The notes below the pieces were generated by a model, which was not told where the DNA came from, made no database searches, and worked only from the letters and a program-made list of their open reading frames with translations. Both the position numbers and the translations under genes were made by a program. Source: Rhodosorus marinus CCMP1338 (Eukaryota; Plantae; Rhodophyta). From it: a DNA stretch of 64,000 bases. The stretch is from NCBI GenBank assembly GCA_029953675.1, contig JAMWBK010000006.1:2408616-2472615 (forward strand), read 5' to 3'. This document shows, one piece after another, positions 43,956 to 55,574 of this stretch (within the stretch, counting starts at the first letter, position 1; each line of letters begins with the position of its first letter).

Positions 43956-46664
43956 GTGAGGCAAAAAATGAAAGTCACGACAAGTCTTATGTGGATGGTA
44001 GCGGTAGGGGCGGTGCTGCTCCTCGGAGTAGAAGGGCTTCCGATCAGCTGTGCGGGGATGCCGGAGTCTGCGCGTTCACAGCTGGCGATTCCGGATGAGT
44101 TGGTCTCAAGTCGCCAGGCGAACTGTGTTCAGGTAGCGCCGCTGCCGGCTAGTGCGGAGATGAAGGCTGTACTTGGGCAAAACTGTTTAGCGGTGACTGA
44201 CGCGGCGACAATTTTTACAGGGTTTGCAGACACAATATCAAAGCAAATCGCTGGGGGAGACAAGAATGCTGAAAAGATAATTGACAACATCCTCAGACCG
44301 ATCGAAGTTGCCATGAAGGTCAAGATGCAGTACATGTTCGATTATGCGAACGACAATATCTGTCTTGGCAACTTCATGGGCGGAGATTTGAAGGTGGAGA
44401 TCGAACTAGACCGAAGTCCGATGATGTACAACAAGTGCAAAGACATGCCCGTGTACAAGTACGACGAATGGTCTATATTCGCGTTTGCCCTCACCGCGCC
44501 CAACCCGATGTGCCTCACTGAGCAGGGGACCGCGGCGTTCTGCTTTGGAGTGAGTATCTGTGAGAAGACGGGGCTCCCGAGTGTCGCCTTCCTCATCAAC
44601 AGCGTCGCCATGGCATGTTTTGGAGAGAATGCTTCTATGGTTGACGGTGGAGTCAGTGCGAGCGCGACCAAGCTCTTCAGTTATGGCCTTGACTATATCT
44701 CTTACGGCATCTCGCTCAGCCAGGGCCTCGCTACCAAGTTGACTGTCTACACAGCTAGTGACAAGTCCAGTGTAAGGTTCATCACTTACGCAATGAAGGG
44801 CAACTACTACGACTCGGTAAAGATCAAGATCAAGCTGGAGAAACTCAAACTTCCAGCCTTCCTGGACCTCAGCGGCACCAGCGAGCGGATTTTGTCTATA
44901 AACGGACTCCAAGACCTCGACTTCGGTAGCGCCATTGCCTCGTTTCCCGGTGGAGAGGACTCAGATGGCTTCTCAAACGACATACTCGACTTCTTCGAGT
45001 CGTTCACAAACGTGAAAATACAGGTCGCGCAGATCTATAAGCTGAAGCTCAAGTTCAAATTCTCCAAGCTCAAAATCGGCAAGATCCTACCCGACTCGAA
45101 CTCGATGACTATCGGGGAGGCCAACGTGTTTTTGACGACTCACAAAGTTCAGCCAAGCCCATACTACGAAGAAGACGGCGTGGTTCTTCCCGCGGGCTTC
45201 TACATGTACATAGGAAGCGATGCCATCGCGTCGGTTATGAAAGGCATGATCACCTACTTCCTCCAGTTCACTTCGAGTACGCTCGACCTGCTCGGAAGTT
45301 GGGCGCCCTTCAAATTTGACGCCTCGACGCTTGTGGACAAGCTCAACTTCAACACGGAGGACGCATTCGCCATGGGACTCACCGCAAACGTGGAGCAATT
45401 TGGTATGGTCATGCACATTCCGTTAATCATCGAGGAGCTTGGATACATCACATTGGAGTGCCGAAGCAACTACGATAACTTCAAGTGCAAGATTGAGTCT
45501 GGATACAACTTCAAGTTCTTCGTGGCTGCTTATAAGGAGATCGCGTCCGGGACGATGTGGGTAGTCAACGAGAGCGATGAGTTCTTTAACAAGGTCGGGA
45601 GAGTGCTTAGTGTTGGCTATGATGACGCAATCGATGAGCTCGAATCCGTGTTCTCCAAGAATAACGTGATAAAAACGGCCAACATGATCGGGAACGGGGC
45701 GCTCGACCTCGGCGACGACGCGCTGGATGAGTTCAAGAGCTGGGGGAAGTGGTGCAAGGCGACCTACAACGATGTTGAGGACATACTTTCAGAGAAAATC
45801 AATCAAGGATTGAAAGATACTTCCCGTATCGGGGTAAAGGCCGTCGCGGGGGCTAAGGATTTGTGGGACAAAGCCAAGGTGGAGATGGAGGATACATATA
45901 ACTCGGTTGCGAATGAATTTGACTGCAATAGCTCCCAAGTCAAGGCGAGCAACAACAAGGACAGTAGCTTCACCTGCAGTGCTGTTGATGACATCGTGGA
46001 CACTTACAACACGGTCGAACGTAACCTCGAGAAAGCTTGGGAAACTGTTAAATCGAAAGCGATCCAGTACACGAAAACGGTGGGCGACGCTTTCTACTCT
46101 AAGAACATCTCATACAAATACAAGACCCTCGATCCAGCGCAGTACGATGGTTTCAATTGTAGACTGCGAAAGGTCTACAAGGTGACGAAAAAGAAGGTCT
46201 TCGGAAAGACCGTTAGCAAGAAGACGAAGTATGTTGGCAATGAGCCAGAGGAGGATTGCGTTAAAACCAAGTTTGGAAAGGTCATCGATATGATTATAGA
46301 GCAGGAGAATATCGATGAACTTCAGGACGACTATGAAAAAACGCTCGTCGAGAACGCTGATGCGCTCTTCGCCTCGGAGATCACTGTTGAGGATCTCGTC
46401 AACGACAGCGGACTTGAATGCAACAGCGAGGTCAGCAGGGACAATCCTTTGCCGGATTCGGAGATGATGGGGTTGACCGTCGTATGCAGCGCTAGGTCGA
46501 TCGGCGATGATGGAAGCTTCTCCGGACCAGTCGCCTCGATTTCCAGAAACACTCAATTCGACAACTCCGACTACCTCGGCAGGGATGCCGCCATCGAAGC
46601 TCTTTATGAACTGGTTAAGGAGGAGTTGGTCGATTCGATGACACCTTACATGTTGAAAACGTAG
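43956..46664 (+). CDS. Large secreted protein of unknown function, intronless
   Basis: 902-aa uninterrupted ORF with strong codon regularity, signal peptide, Cys-rich N-terminal half and charged helical C-terminal half. A (GAA)n tract sits just upstream. Confidence 0.85.
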   Translation: MRQKMKVTTSLMWMVAVGAVLLLGVEGLPISCAGMPESARSQLAIPDELVSSRQANCVQVAPLPASAEMKAVLGQNCLAVTDAATIFTGFADTISKQIAGGDKNAEKIIDNILRPIEVAMKVKMQYMFDYANDNICLGNFMGGDLKVEIELDRSPMMYNKCKDMPVYKYDEWSIFAFALTAPNPMCLTEQGTAAFCFGVSICEKTGLPSVAFLINSVAMACFGENASMVDGGVSASATKLFSYGLDYISYGISLSQGLATKLTVYTASDKSSVRFITYAMKGNYYDSVKIKIKLEKLKLPAFLDLSGTSERILSINGLQDLDFGSAIASFPGGEDSDGFSNDILDFFESFTNVKIQVAQIYKLKLKFKFSKLKIGKILPDSNSMTIGEANVFLTTHKVQPSPYYEEDGVVLPAGFYMYIGSDAIASVMKGMITYFLQFTSSTLDLLGSWAPFKFDASTLVDKLNFNTEDAFAMGLTANVEQFGMVMHIPLIIEELGYITLECRSNYDNFKCKIESGYNFKFFVAAYKEIASGTMWVVNESDEFFNKVGRVLSVGYDDAIDELESVFSKNNVIKTANMIGNGALDLGDDALDEFKSWGKWCKATYNDVEDILSEKINQGLKDTSRIGVKAVAGAKDLWDKAKVEMEDTYNSVANEFDCNSSQVKASNNKDSSFTCSAVDDIVDTYNTVERNLEKAWETVKSKAIQYTKTVGDAFYSKNISYKYKTLDPAQYDGFNCRLRKVYKVTKKKVFGKTVSKKTKYVGNEPEEDCVKTKFGKVIDMIIEQENIDELQDDYEKTLVENADALFASEITVEDLVNDSGLECNSEVSRDNPLPDSEMMGLTVVCSARSIGDDGSFSGPVASISRNTQFDNSDYLGRDAAIEALYELVKEELVDSMTPYMLKT

Positions 46665-46693
46665 ATAAAGTGGAGAATGATTCTAATAAAATG

Positions 46694-46737
46694 GACTGGA
46701 CTCTGCTGGACTCTACTGGATTTTACTGGACTTCACT
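46694..46737 (-). repeat. 10-bp tandem (AGTARAGTCC-like), 4-5 units, matching family B terminus
   Basis: Minus strand reads GTGAAGTCCAGTAAAATCCAGTAGAGTCCAGCAGAGTCCAGTCC. Confidence 0.75.
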
Positions 46738-46829
46738 TGGTCATTCATTCCAACTTGTTCATTTACTCCAACTACCGAATCTAGCGCCATGGGTACTAGA
46801 GAAAAACAGGAGGGGCTAGGCTAAGGAGA

Positions 46830-48095
46830 CCCCGGAGCGGGCTATAAGAAAACTATTTTCTATACGGAATATCGTCCGAACTGGATTATTTTTGCGCATG
46901 GCATGGATCACCAGGCGAGCCGTACCATGCCATAGTTCACGATTAAGGTCCACCCGCACGCGCGTCCGCTTTGTGCTCAAGATGTGCGAACTGGAAATAA
47001 ACTGGAAATCATGTGGTCACCGATGGCATCTCGATATTTGGCTCGTTTCCCGGCTTCAGAATTGACGGTGGCATAACCCGATTGACAGGCGGCGCGAGCG
47101 AGGAGATGGGCCCGCAATGGGGATTCCACCTTGACATCGATAACGTAGTGCTTACCCGTGCGGTGATGACGGACGACTATGTCAGGGCGGAGACGACTAC
47201 CCTCAAAAAACCCATAAGGCTCAACCTGAACATCCGGAAGGTGCCACCGCCGAAGGTGACGCACGAGCTCATCAAGAATCCGACTATGGCGCAGAGTCCA
47301 ATTCCCAGCCTAAGTAGAACAGTGAAAAAGACGTTGGGTCCCATCCGCAGCGGGTGGTTTGCCACAGACTGTGCATTCAGGAGTAGTGCGGAGACCAGGT
47401 ACCGGGAGTCCCAAAAGCAAGCGTAAACTGCATCGGATTTCTTCGGTGGAAATGAGCTCCGACCCTGTGCTAGGGAGGTCACGAAGCCAGCCACCAGCGC
47501 CAGCACCAGAAGCAGAGCGGACACGAGCACGAATGCTGTCGTCAAGCGCGGAATCATCCACAATATCCTCAAACGCTTTACGGTGACTCTCCTGAGAGAG
47601 TGTTTGTTTTAGAGGACCTGCGAGCGGAGGATTGATGGAAGCTGGAGCGGGATCACCTGTTGGAAGCGCCTTGGACCAAAGGGCGAGGGCGCGAATACGA
47701 GCAGAAGTGCGGGAGCTGCGGCGAGAAGTGGTCCAGCGGCTAGCGAGCGAGAACTGCTGTTCCAGGAGATCCGTTGAGCTGGAGAGATCCTCGAGAATAG
47801 ATTCGACATTGGGATCGGTCCCGCAACACGCCGTGCCCAGACGTCAGAAAGGTATGGTCAGCGGCATTAGTCTGCAGCGTGCGAATCTAAGCGGAATAAA
47901 AAGCAATCGGGTGAATGCGAACGCGCGTAGCCAGGTCAAGGCCACCCCACTTGCCAGGTAAGCGAATTTGTGCTTTCACGGTATCCAACTCCTCCTGTAG
48001 AAGCCCTTGGAGAGGAAGCAGACTTCAGCACAACCTATCCAACTCGTGCATTGTGATGGCAACTTGTTCATTGACTTCAACTACCGAATGTAGGG
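46830..48095 (-). mobile_element. Family A-related (subfamily A2) 3' half, frameshifted
   Basis: AQIRLPGKWGG, WLRDLPSTG, CTVCGK..LFHC, LRPDIVVRH..YVIDVK..KRAKY. Confidence 0.85.
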
Positions 48096-48135
48096 CTAGA
48101 GGGAAGAGAGAAAAACAGGAGAGGCTAGGCTAAGC

Positions 48136-50517
48136 GACATGCTTTCCGAGGCGCGCCATCGGCGCCTGGGGTTGCATGTTTCCCTCCCTAGTTATTAGTT
48201 CATGTTCATGCCTTGCGTAGCGCTTCAGGCTATGCTAGTCTTCGGTTGAGGTTGAGTCGGAACTGCCCAGATCAATCTCGGACTCTGCACCGCCCCGTTG
48301 TATAGCCGATCTCCTCGTCTCCGACGCTGCTGCCAGACGCTCAACATATGTGGACCTTGCGATTACCTGCCCCGTGGCCAGCGCCCACCTCACCGCAGCC
48401 CCCCGCCGCCGGGGGGCCGCGGCTTCAGCCCTTCGAAGAGTTAAGGAACGACGGTATGCTGAGAGCATGGCCAGTCTGCCTTGCGCTGAGGGTCGCTCTC
48501 ACCGGTTCCAGCCATTCATTGTGGAAAGCTTTGGTCACGTGGATAAGTCGGGTTTAGAGTGGTTGCGGAAATGTTTTGCTGAGCATCCTACTGAATATTT
48601 GGCGCTCTTGAGGCGTTTAAGTGTCTCCCTTTGGCGATATTCCAGCGACATGCTTTCCGAGGGGCGCCATCGGCGCCTGGGGTTGCATGCTTCCCTCCCT
48701 AGTTATTAGTTCATCTTCACGCCTTGCGTAGCGCTTCAGGCTATGCTAGTAATCTGGCTAGGGGACTGACCGCGATCGAAGCGATTGCACGTCGCGTCGG
48801 TTTGACTGTGGAAACAGAAAAATGTCGCTTTCTCCCCCCGAGGGACGTGTCGCTGAACTCTCTGCCACCCACTCTGCGACTAATCAGCGAACGTGAAGAG
48901 TTCGAACACCACGGCGTCGGATTGGGCACTGACAACTTTGTCCAAGCATCCTGCGAGCGAATTTTGGCACGGCACAAGCAACTTACCGACGCGATTGAGA
49001 ACCTACCCGACAGCATGCTGCAATCGGCCTGCTTGCTTTCCCGCTTTTGTGCCGGTCCCAGACTCAACTACTGGTTGCGCAGCCTGCCTCCAGCTTGGGG
49101 CTCGTGGATCGCGGCTAAAGCCGACGAAATGACCCTGCAACACTGGGGAACGCTCTTGGATGAGCCCCTCGATCTTGAAGCTGCTCCCGACAGGGACTTT
49201 ATTCGTGCACAGATCGCTCTACCGTTGCGATTAGGGGGATTCGGCGTCGCTGACCGTGGGCTGGTATGCTCGCCAGCGGCGGTTGCCTCCTGGGCTACCA
49301 CGCTGCGAACGTTGGTGACCTTCCAGATGCGAAGTGCCTGCCTCTTGGCTCGAGCTTTGACCAACGAGGATCCAGTGAGCCTGCCGCCCCCGCTTTTGAC
49401 AATTTATGATGGTCTTCAACACGCGTTCAGGAGGTGCAACGCCGTGCCGGACGCAAATCGGTCCCGCTTTCGTTCCTGGAGGGAGCTGTTATGGGGACGA
49501 GCTGAAGCGATTGAGGATTGTCCCCTCGAACGCGTTCTTGCCGATGACGGAGAGGCTAGCCCCGGGTCACCTGTTGCAGACTGCCCGGGTTTGAGCCGAT
49601 TGTGGAGCTCCCGCACTGATGTGATTCAACATAGCCTCACCTGGGGCCAACACAGTGCCGCTCACACAGTCATGCTCAATTCTCCTCTCACGCCGCCTAC
49701 CACTGCCGCTCGTCTCCGCGGCATGGGAGGCCACCTCTCGCACTTGTGGATAACCACTCTACCGTCGTCATTGAGTCATCGTTTCGATGCTTTCCAGTTC
49801 CGTTCTGCCGCACGGATCTATCTCGGTTTGCCACAGGCTCCGTGGCACTTTAATCGGCCGTCTCTCTGTCAGGGATGTGAGAGCCGGATTGACGCTTGTG
49901 GCTACCACTTCCTGGGTTCCTGCGGACTGTTGAGAGGTCTCCGTACGAGGCGTCACACTCGCCTCAAGTACATCCTCAGCGAATTTTTGACTCGGATAGG
50001 GCATACGGTTGAGGTTGAGTCGGAACTGCCCAGATCAATCTCGGACTCTGCACTGCCGCGTTGTATAGCCGATCTCCTCGTCTCTGACGCTGCTGCCAGA
50101 CGCTCAACATATGTGGACCTTGCGATTAGCTGCCCGTGGCCAGCGCCCACCTCACCGCAGCCGCCCGCCGCCGGGGGCCCGCGGCTTCAGCTTCGAAGAG
50201 TTAAGGAACGACGGTATGCTGAGAGCATGGCCAGTCTGCCTTGCGCTGAGGGTCGCTCTCACCGGTTCCAGCCATTCATTGTGGAAAGCTTTGGTCACGT
50301 GGATAAGTCGGGTTTAGAGTGGTTGCGGAAATGTTTTGCTGAGCATCCTACTGAATATTTGGCGCTCTTGAGGCGTTTAAGTGTCTCCCTTTGGCGATAT
50401 TCCAGCGACATGCTTTCCGAGGGGCGCCATCGGCGCCTGGGGTTGCATGCTTCCCTCCCTAGTTATTAGTTCATCTTCACGCCTTGCGTAGCGCTTCAGG
50501 CTATGCTAGTAAAGTCC
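48136..50517 (+). mobile_element. Three head-to-tail 5'-truncated family B copies (about 0.1, 0.5 and 1.77 kb)
   Basis: Each ends in TTCACGCCTTGCGTAGCGCTTCAGGCTATGCTAGT. The longest encodes GLTVETEKC (RT6), HHGVGLG (RT7), LPLRLGGFG, CQGC..HFLGSC, RTRRH, IADLLV, YVDLAI and PFIVESFG. Confidence 0.92.
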
Positions 50518-50922
50518 AGTACAGTCGAGTCGAGTAGGAAGGACAGAGGGGGAAGCTCGAGCCGCCGGGGCGTAGCTGCCGGTCGAACGACGCAGCTGAG
50601 GCTCATCGGCCATTAGCGCTGGGAAGTCCGCATTAGAAAGTTGATTGTTTGCGCAGTCAGTATCGTAAATCGAACGGTCTTTGGTTTCGTGAGGGTGTAT
50701 GGTGCTGGCTTTTGGTGGTTTTGAGTCGAAATTGTGTCCTTCGGTGGGAGGCGCTTCTTTCTGCAGCCTTTCCCCCGCATCTTCTAGTGGTGTGGTGCGT
50801 GCTGGGGGTTGCTAGCGCCCCTTGGAGGTCGTGGTGGTTTTTCTTTGGTTGCAAACGTTGGGAACAACTTCTCTTTTTGGGGGTTTCGTGGGGGAATCGG
50901 TTTTTCACACCTTCCAATCGTT

Positions 50923-52185
50923 ATGGTTGGGGTTTCCCCACCCATTCCGGCGGACGGAGCCGTTCTCTCAGCGCGCGTGGAGCTCAGCGTGGGCGGGTTT
51001 AGTACCGCGGCCACCCTCACGGACTGCGCTAACGAGTTGGCCCATGGGATCTGCTCGAAACTGACGAGTCTTCTTGTGACTGCTTCCCAGGAACACCGCC
51101 TGCCCCTGCTGATCGCCTATTTGGAGCGCTTCTCCGCCTCCGCGCCTGCCCCATACCCCCCGGTGCCCGTCCCCGCGGATCCGCACGGTACAGCGGGGCC
51201 TGCCTCCACCCGACCCGAGCGCTCCGCTCCGGTCATTCCTGATTCCGACTGGCCTACCCCTATTCAAGGACAGACGCCTCCTGGGCCCGCGTCGGGCCCG
51301 AATCCTGCTCCCTCCAGTGCCCCACGTGCGACCTATTCGCAGGTCCTGCGCAGAGGCTCTTCTGAACAACGCACGACGGCAATGGTGCGTATGATGCCAC
51401 AACACATCCCTATTGACTCTTCTCGCCAACTATCTCCGTTCCACTTTGTTTGGATGACGAACGTGCGTCCCCAGACCCCCTCTCGTGGTCGGGGCCGCGC
51501 GCCCGTCCACTACCGCGATTTTCGCGACACCATGGCTTCCTCCCTTGGGGTCGCCCCGTCTGAATTCCTATATGTGGACTTCACGGGCCCTCATGCCTGT
51601 TTTCTTGTTACTGACTCGGCTTACCAGTTCCTTCAATCGCTTGTAACCACCCCCGCGCCCCAGCGCTCTGCTCTGGCCAACATGATACTGACTCGTCCTC
51701 ATGTCTCTTTGTTTGTCGAGTTCGATCGTTTTGACGCCGGCTGGGTTCCTCCGTCGGCCTTGCAAAACCTGGTTGCCTCGCAGGCTTCGGTTGTCGCGCT
51801 ACACACTCATGCGGCGCGGCTCTCGCGCATACAGGCGAGCCTCTTCGCGTGTTTTCCTCCTCGCGGGGTCCTCCGCACCGCGCTAGAGGCCTTCCTCTCC
51901 ACTGAGGCCACCCTGCTGGAAGCCCACCCTGCGTTTGACCTTCTGCCGCCGACTCCTGAGCACCCTTCCTCCCCTCGCCCTGTCTCCGAGGCTCGTGACA
52001 CCGACATGGCAGAAGCACCATCGGCCTCTCCGAATCCGCTGGCTCTGGACACCCTCAGTCAAGACTCCGCTGCTGAAAACCCTGTGTCTACTTTCTTCAG
52101 GTCTTTTAGTTCCTTCGTGCGCCCCCCACGTAAGCGTCGTGCGGCTCCTGAGCCTCCCTCCGAGGCACCTCCTCCGGATATTTGA
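50923..52185 (+). CDS. Family C ORF1 (gag-like, putative RRM-like domain)
   Basis: First ATG gives MVGVSPP; a diverged homologue also starts MVGISP at 58721. Shares the NVRP..DF....LG...S...DF....HAC.L motif with family A ORF1. Confidence 0.75.
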   Translation: MVGVSPPIPADGAVLSARVELSVGGFSTAATLTDCANELAHGICSKLTSLLVTASQEHRLPLLIAYLERFSASAPAPYPPVPVPADPHGTAGPASTRPERSAPVIPDSDWPTPIQGQTPPGPASGPNPAPSSAPRATYSQVLRRGSSEQRTTAMVRMMPQHIPIDSSRQLSPFHFVWMTNVRPQTPSRGRGRAPVHYRDFRDTMASSLGVAPSEFLYVDFTGPHACFLVTDSAYQFLQSLVTTPAPQRSALANMILTRPHVSLFVEFDRFDAGWVPPSALQNLVASQASVVALHTHAARLSRIQASLFACFPPRGVLRTALEAFLSTEATLLEAHPAFDLLPPTPEHPSSPRPVSEARDTDMAEAPSASPNPLALDTLSQDSAAENPVSTFFRSFSSFVRPPRKRRAAPEPPSEAPPPDI

Positions 52186-52213
52186 TCTGCCTTCCCGACT
52201 GAGGGGAGGCCCG

Positions 52214-55200
52214 ATGTCTGAGTCTTCCTCCTCCGCGTGCGTATCGTCCCGGTTACCCCTGTTTACCAGTGACCGCTCAGCCTGGCATGAGCGTGTTCTC
52301 TCGTGGTTTTCGCACCTTGTCGCCTCCTACCCGGACGGTTCCCTTCCCCTTTGTCGTCAGAGCACGGCTGTACGGCTCCTTCGTCGACTTCATAAGCCCC
52401 TAGGATTGGTGTTGGATTTTCTCTGGCAGCAGGTCGCCGCGAACCCTCGCTGCTCTCTTCGCTGGGAACTCTTGTTCTTTTTTCCCCGCCTCGTGCTCAC
52501 CTCCTCTACCGTCCCCGGCAACCCACATCCTCGCCGGGTCCACCCTCGCCGAAAACTGCAAATGTTCCTTTCCGGCGACTTTGAGGACCTCGAACGTCTT
52601 TATTTCGCTTCTCTCTCCTCTTTTTCTCCTAGTGCTCCCTCAGCATTTAGGTCTTCTCGACAGAATCGGGCGCGTCACGCGGTGGCAGGCGGTAATCTGC
52701 GGCGGGCAGCCGGGATCCTCCAGCAGCGGCAACCTGTGGTTCCATACTCCGATGATCTTTCTTCACCGCTCCGTTTGCTCTTTCCCTCGGAAGGCTCCCC
52801 TTGGGACTCCTCGTTTGAATCAGTGTTGGAAGAGTACCGCGCCGCGCCACATCCCAGTGCGCGGTTAGTGGTCAATCTGGAGGCGGTGCGTGAGTTGGTT
52901 CATTATGCTCCGAAGGGCCGTTCTCCAGGGCCCTCGGGGCTGCGGGTGGAATATCTCCGTTTCTTAAGTGATGAAGGTTTGAAGGCGTTGGCGTTGGTGG
53001 TCGAAGCGCTTGTGAATGGTGATCCCCTGTGTGAGTGTGCGTGGTTCTTGGTCGGGCGTTCGCAGTTGTGTCTGCTTTCGAAGCCCAGCCACACGGCCTC
53101 GAGCCCTGCTATTCGCCCTATTGGCCTGGTTGAGGTGGTCCGCAAATTGGCGGCGCGATGGTTAGTGAAAATCCTGGTTCCCGAATCCCGCCGTTTCTTT
53201 GGGCACGTGCAGTTAGGCGTGGGCTATCGTGGTGGCTGTGAGTTGTTGTCTGTTTTACTCCGTTCGGAAATGGCGTACTCCCCAGATGCTGGGCTCCTCT
53301 CTGTAGATTTTACCAATGCGTTCAACCGCGTCTCTCGTCCGGCTCTCATGCACGTGCTGCGCGAAGTCTATCCTGTAGGCTTTCCCTTTGTTAGTAGACT
53401 TTATTCTCCGCTTGGCCGTGGGGCTACCTATGACACCCTTGGCGCTTCCTCACACACGTTTGCGGCGCGCACAGGGGTACAACAGGGTGATCCCTTGTCC
53501 CCTTTCCTACATGCCTGTGGACTACAACTCGTCTTGCTTTGTCTTCGCTCTGAATTCCCGCAGGTTCGTACGGTTGCATACCACGACGACGTGTGCCTCC
53601 TGGGGCCCCCCGATACTCTAGCGCTCGCTTATGATCGTCTCCGCTCCTTGGCTTCGCGGGTTGACTTGGAGGTTAATCATCACAAATCGTTCTACTGGGG
53701 AGGTGTAGCTGCACAAGAGCAGCAGGTACCTGCGTCGTTCCAGGATATTTGGAGACCGGATGGTTTTGTCCACTTAGGCATCCCCTACGGGTCGCCGTCC
53801 TTCGTTGAAGGCGAGTTGCTGCAGCTCCTCGGTAAGCACAGACAGCTGGTTGCAGAGTTTCGACGGCTACCTCCGGGCTTTCTCCAGTGCTCGTTGTTGC
53901 TGTTTCGAAATTGTTGCAGTCAGCGGTTAACCTATTGGCTCCGCTCACTTCCAACTCATTGGGGCCGGTGGTTGGCCACTCGTGCGGATGCTGAAAGTTT
54001 CCGTGACCTGGGGTATTTTCTCGATGAAGAGCTGAGCGCTCTGTCAGGTAGGCCTCCCATTGCGATTGGGGGGACTGGGCCTCTGCAACCGTGTTGTGGT
54101 CCAACCCGCAGCCGCAGTAGGGGCCTGGGGAACCGCACTTCCCACTTTGAGCAGCTTGGGTATCTCGAAGTTCCGCAATTTGATGGCGAGCCTCTCGCGG
54201 GGTGTCTTGCTTCCCAGCGTACCGGAAAGCGCCCAAGACTTGTTTCTGGAGCTCCAAACCGCCCTGAATTCCTGTACTAGTCTCCCCGAAACCGTTCAAC
54301 CCCGTCTTCCTGACTGGCGAGCTGTATTTGACCGCTCTCGAGGCTCCGCCCCGGGGATTCGTCCTGCGCCTGAACCTGTTCTAGGGGAGATTGACCCAGT
54401 GGTTGCCGCAGAAGAAGAAGTTCCAGTTGATCCTCCTGATGATTCCCAGCGCGCTGGGAGCAGAGCTCAAGCACGCACGGATGCGCTGCAAAATATCCTT
54501 TCTTGGGACTTGCACCGTGCTGCATATGGCCGACTCCTCGCGCAGATGGTCTCATCTTCTCGCGCTCGCGCCCGCCTACGTAGTCTTGGAGGGGTTCTTA
54601 GCTCTCAGTGGCTCATGACCGTACCAGCCTTTCCGCCACTCACACTGTCGGATTTCGAAGTGCGTACTTCACTGCGCTTATACCTCGGCTTACATCAGCC
54701 CCCTTGGCCGTACGAGATGGGTTCGTCGTGCCCTCTCTGCTCTCAGACTGAAGACAACGCAGATTTTGGCGCCCAGCTGCTCGCTAGTTGCCCGGTGGTG
54801 AAAGGTGCTCGAACCCGCCGCCATACACGGATCTTGAACCTGTTATACCGGGAACTTCGGCCTATAGTCCGGCAAGCCGGTCTGGAAATCGAACGTGAGA
54901 AACCTTTACCCGTCGCGGACTTTCAAAATGATGAACGCCGTGTAGCCGACCTGGTGATCACCTGTGACGACAGCCGCCGTACCACATACGTTGATCTTGC
55001 TGTTCCTAACCCTCAAGCTAGTCGTTATCTCCCGGCTGCGGGGGAGCGCCGTGGATCTGTCGCCGCCAGCATGAGACGCCGCAAAGAGATCAAATACGCG
55101 GGGGCTTTGTCTTCCCCTGGTGTTCGTGCTTCGGCACTAGCACATCGCTTGGTACCCCCCTGATCATTGAGTGCTTTGGGTTCATGGACTCTGTTGGTTC

Positions 55201-55330
55201 TCGCTGGCTTCGGGAGTTGTTCCGCGAACGCCCTGACCGTCTTCAATCGTTGTTTACCCGCTTAAGTTTCCTGCTGTGGCGCATGAATGCCGCTTTGATG
55301 TTGGAGGCGCGAGTTCTTCGCCGCACTTAG
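52214..55330 (+). pseudogene. Family C ORF2: reverse transcriptase and restriction-like endonuclease, two frameshifts
   Basis: IRPIG, QLGVG..GGCE, VDFTNAFN, GVQQGDPLSP, AYHDD, VNHHKS, HLGIP and LPLRLGGLG, followed by the zinc finger and REL. Frameshifts near 54047 and in the C-run at 55155-55160. Confidence 0.9.
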
Positions 55331-55574
55331 TCTTTTTTTCCCCTCGGGGGTTTTGTTTTTTTTTTTCAACCTCCGATTAAACGATTCGTTTCGCAGTAAG
55401 CAGCTGCCCTGTAAAGCTTACGGTTACGTTAGCCTGGGGTTTTCACGCCTTGCGTAGCGCTTCAGGCTTTGCAAATGAAGAAGAAGAAGAAATAAAGCCA
55501 AAGCGAATAAAGCCAATAAAATGATGACGGGCGAAATAAAAAAATGAAAGTTTTCATGTGAAAACAAGAAAAAC

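Larger units (their letters stand above)
50518..55392 (+). mobile_element. Apparently full-length family C non-LTR retrotransposon (two ORFs, RT + CCHC + REL; CRE-like)
   Basis: About 400-bp 5' UTR, ORF1 50923-52185, ORF2 52214-55330 and a T-rich 3' UTR. No APE domain, LTRs or poly(A). Confidence 0.9.

Noticed and set aside
48724-48754. Start of the 581-aa ORF (MRSASGYASN)
   Set aside because: It is the 3' UTR of the preceding B copy read in frame by chance; the RT is 5'-truncated.
50518-50640. Possible HDV-like ribozyme in the family C 5' leader
   Set aside because: GC-rich stems exist (GAGCC/GGCTC, GCCGG/CCGGT) but I could not build the nested double pseudoknot; a covariance-model search is needed.
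51935-52213. N-terminal extension of the 781-aa ORF overlapping ORF1
   Set aside because: Non-ATG start inside ORF1; the ATG at 52214 after the ORF1 stop is the more plausible start.
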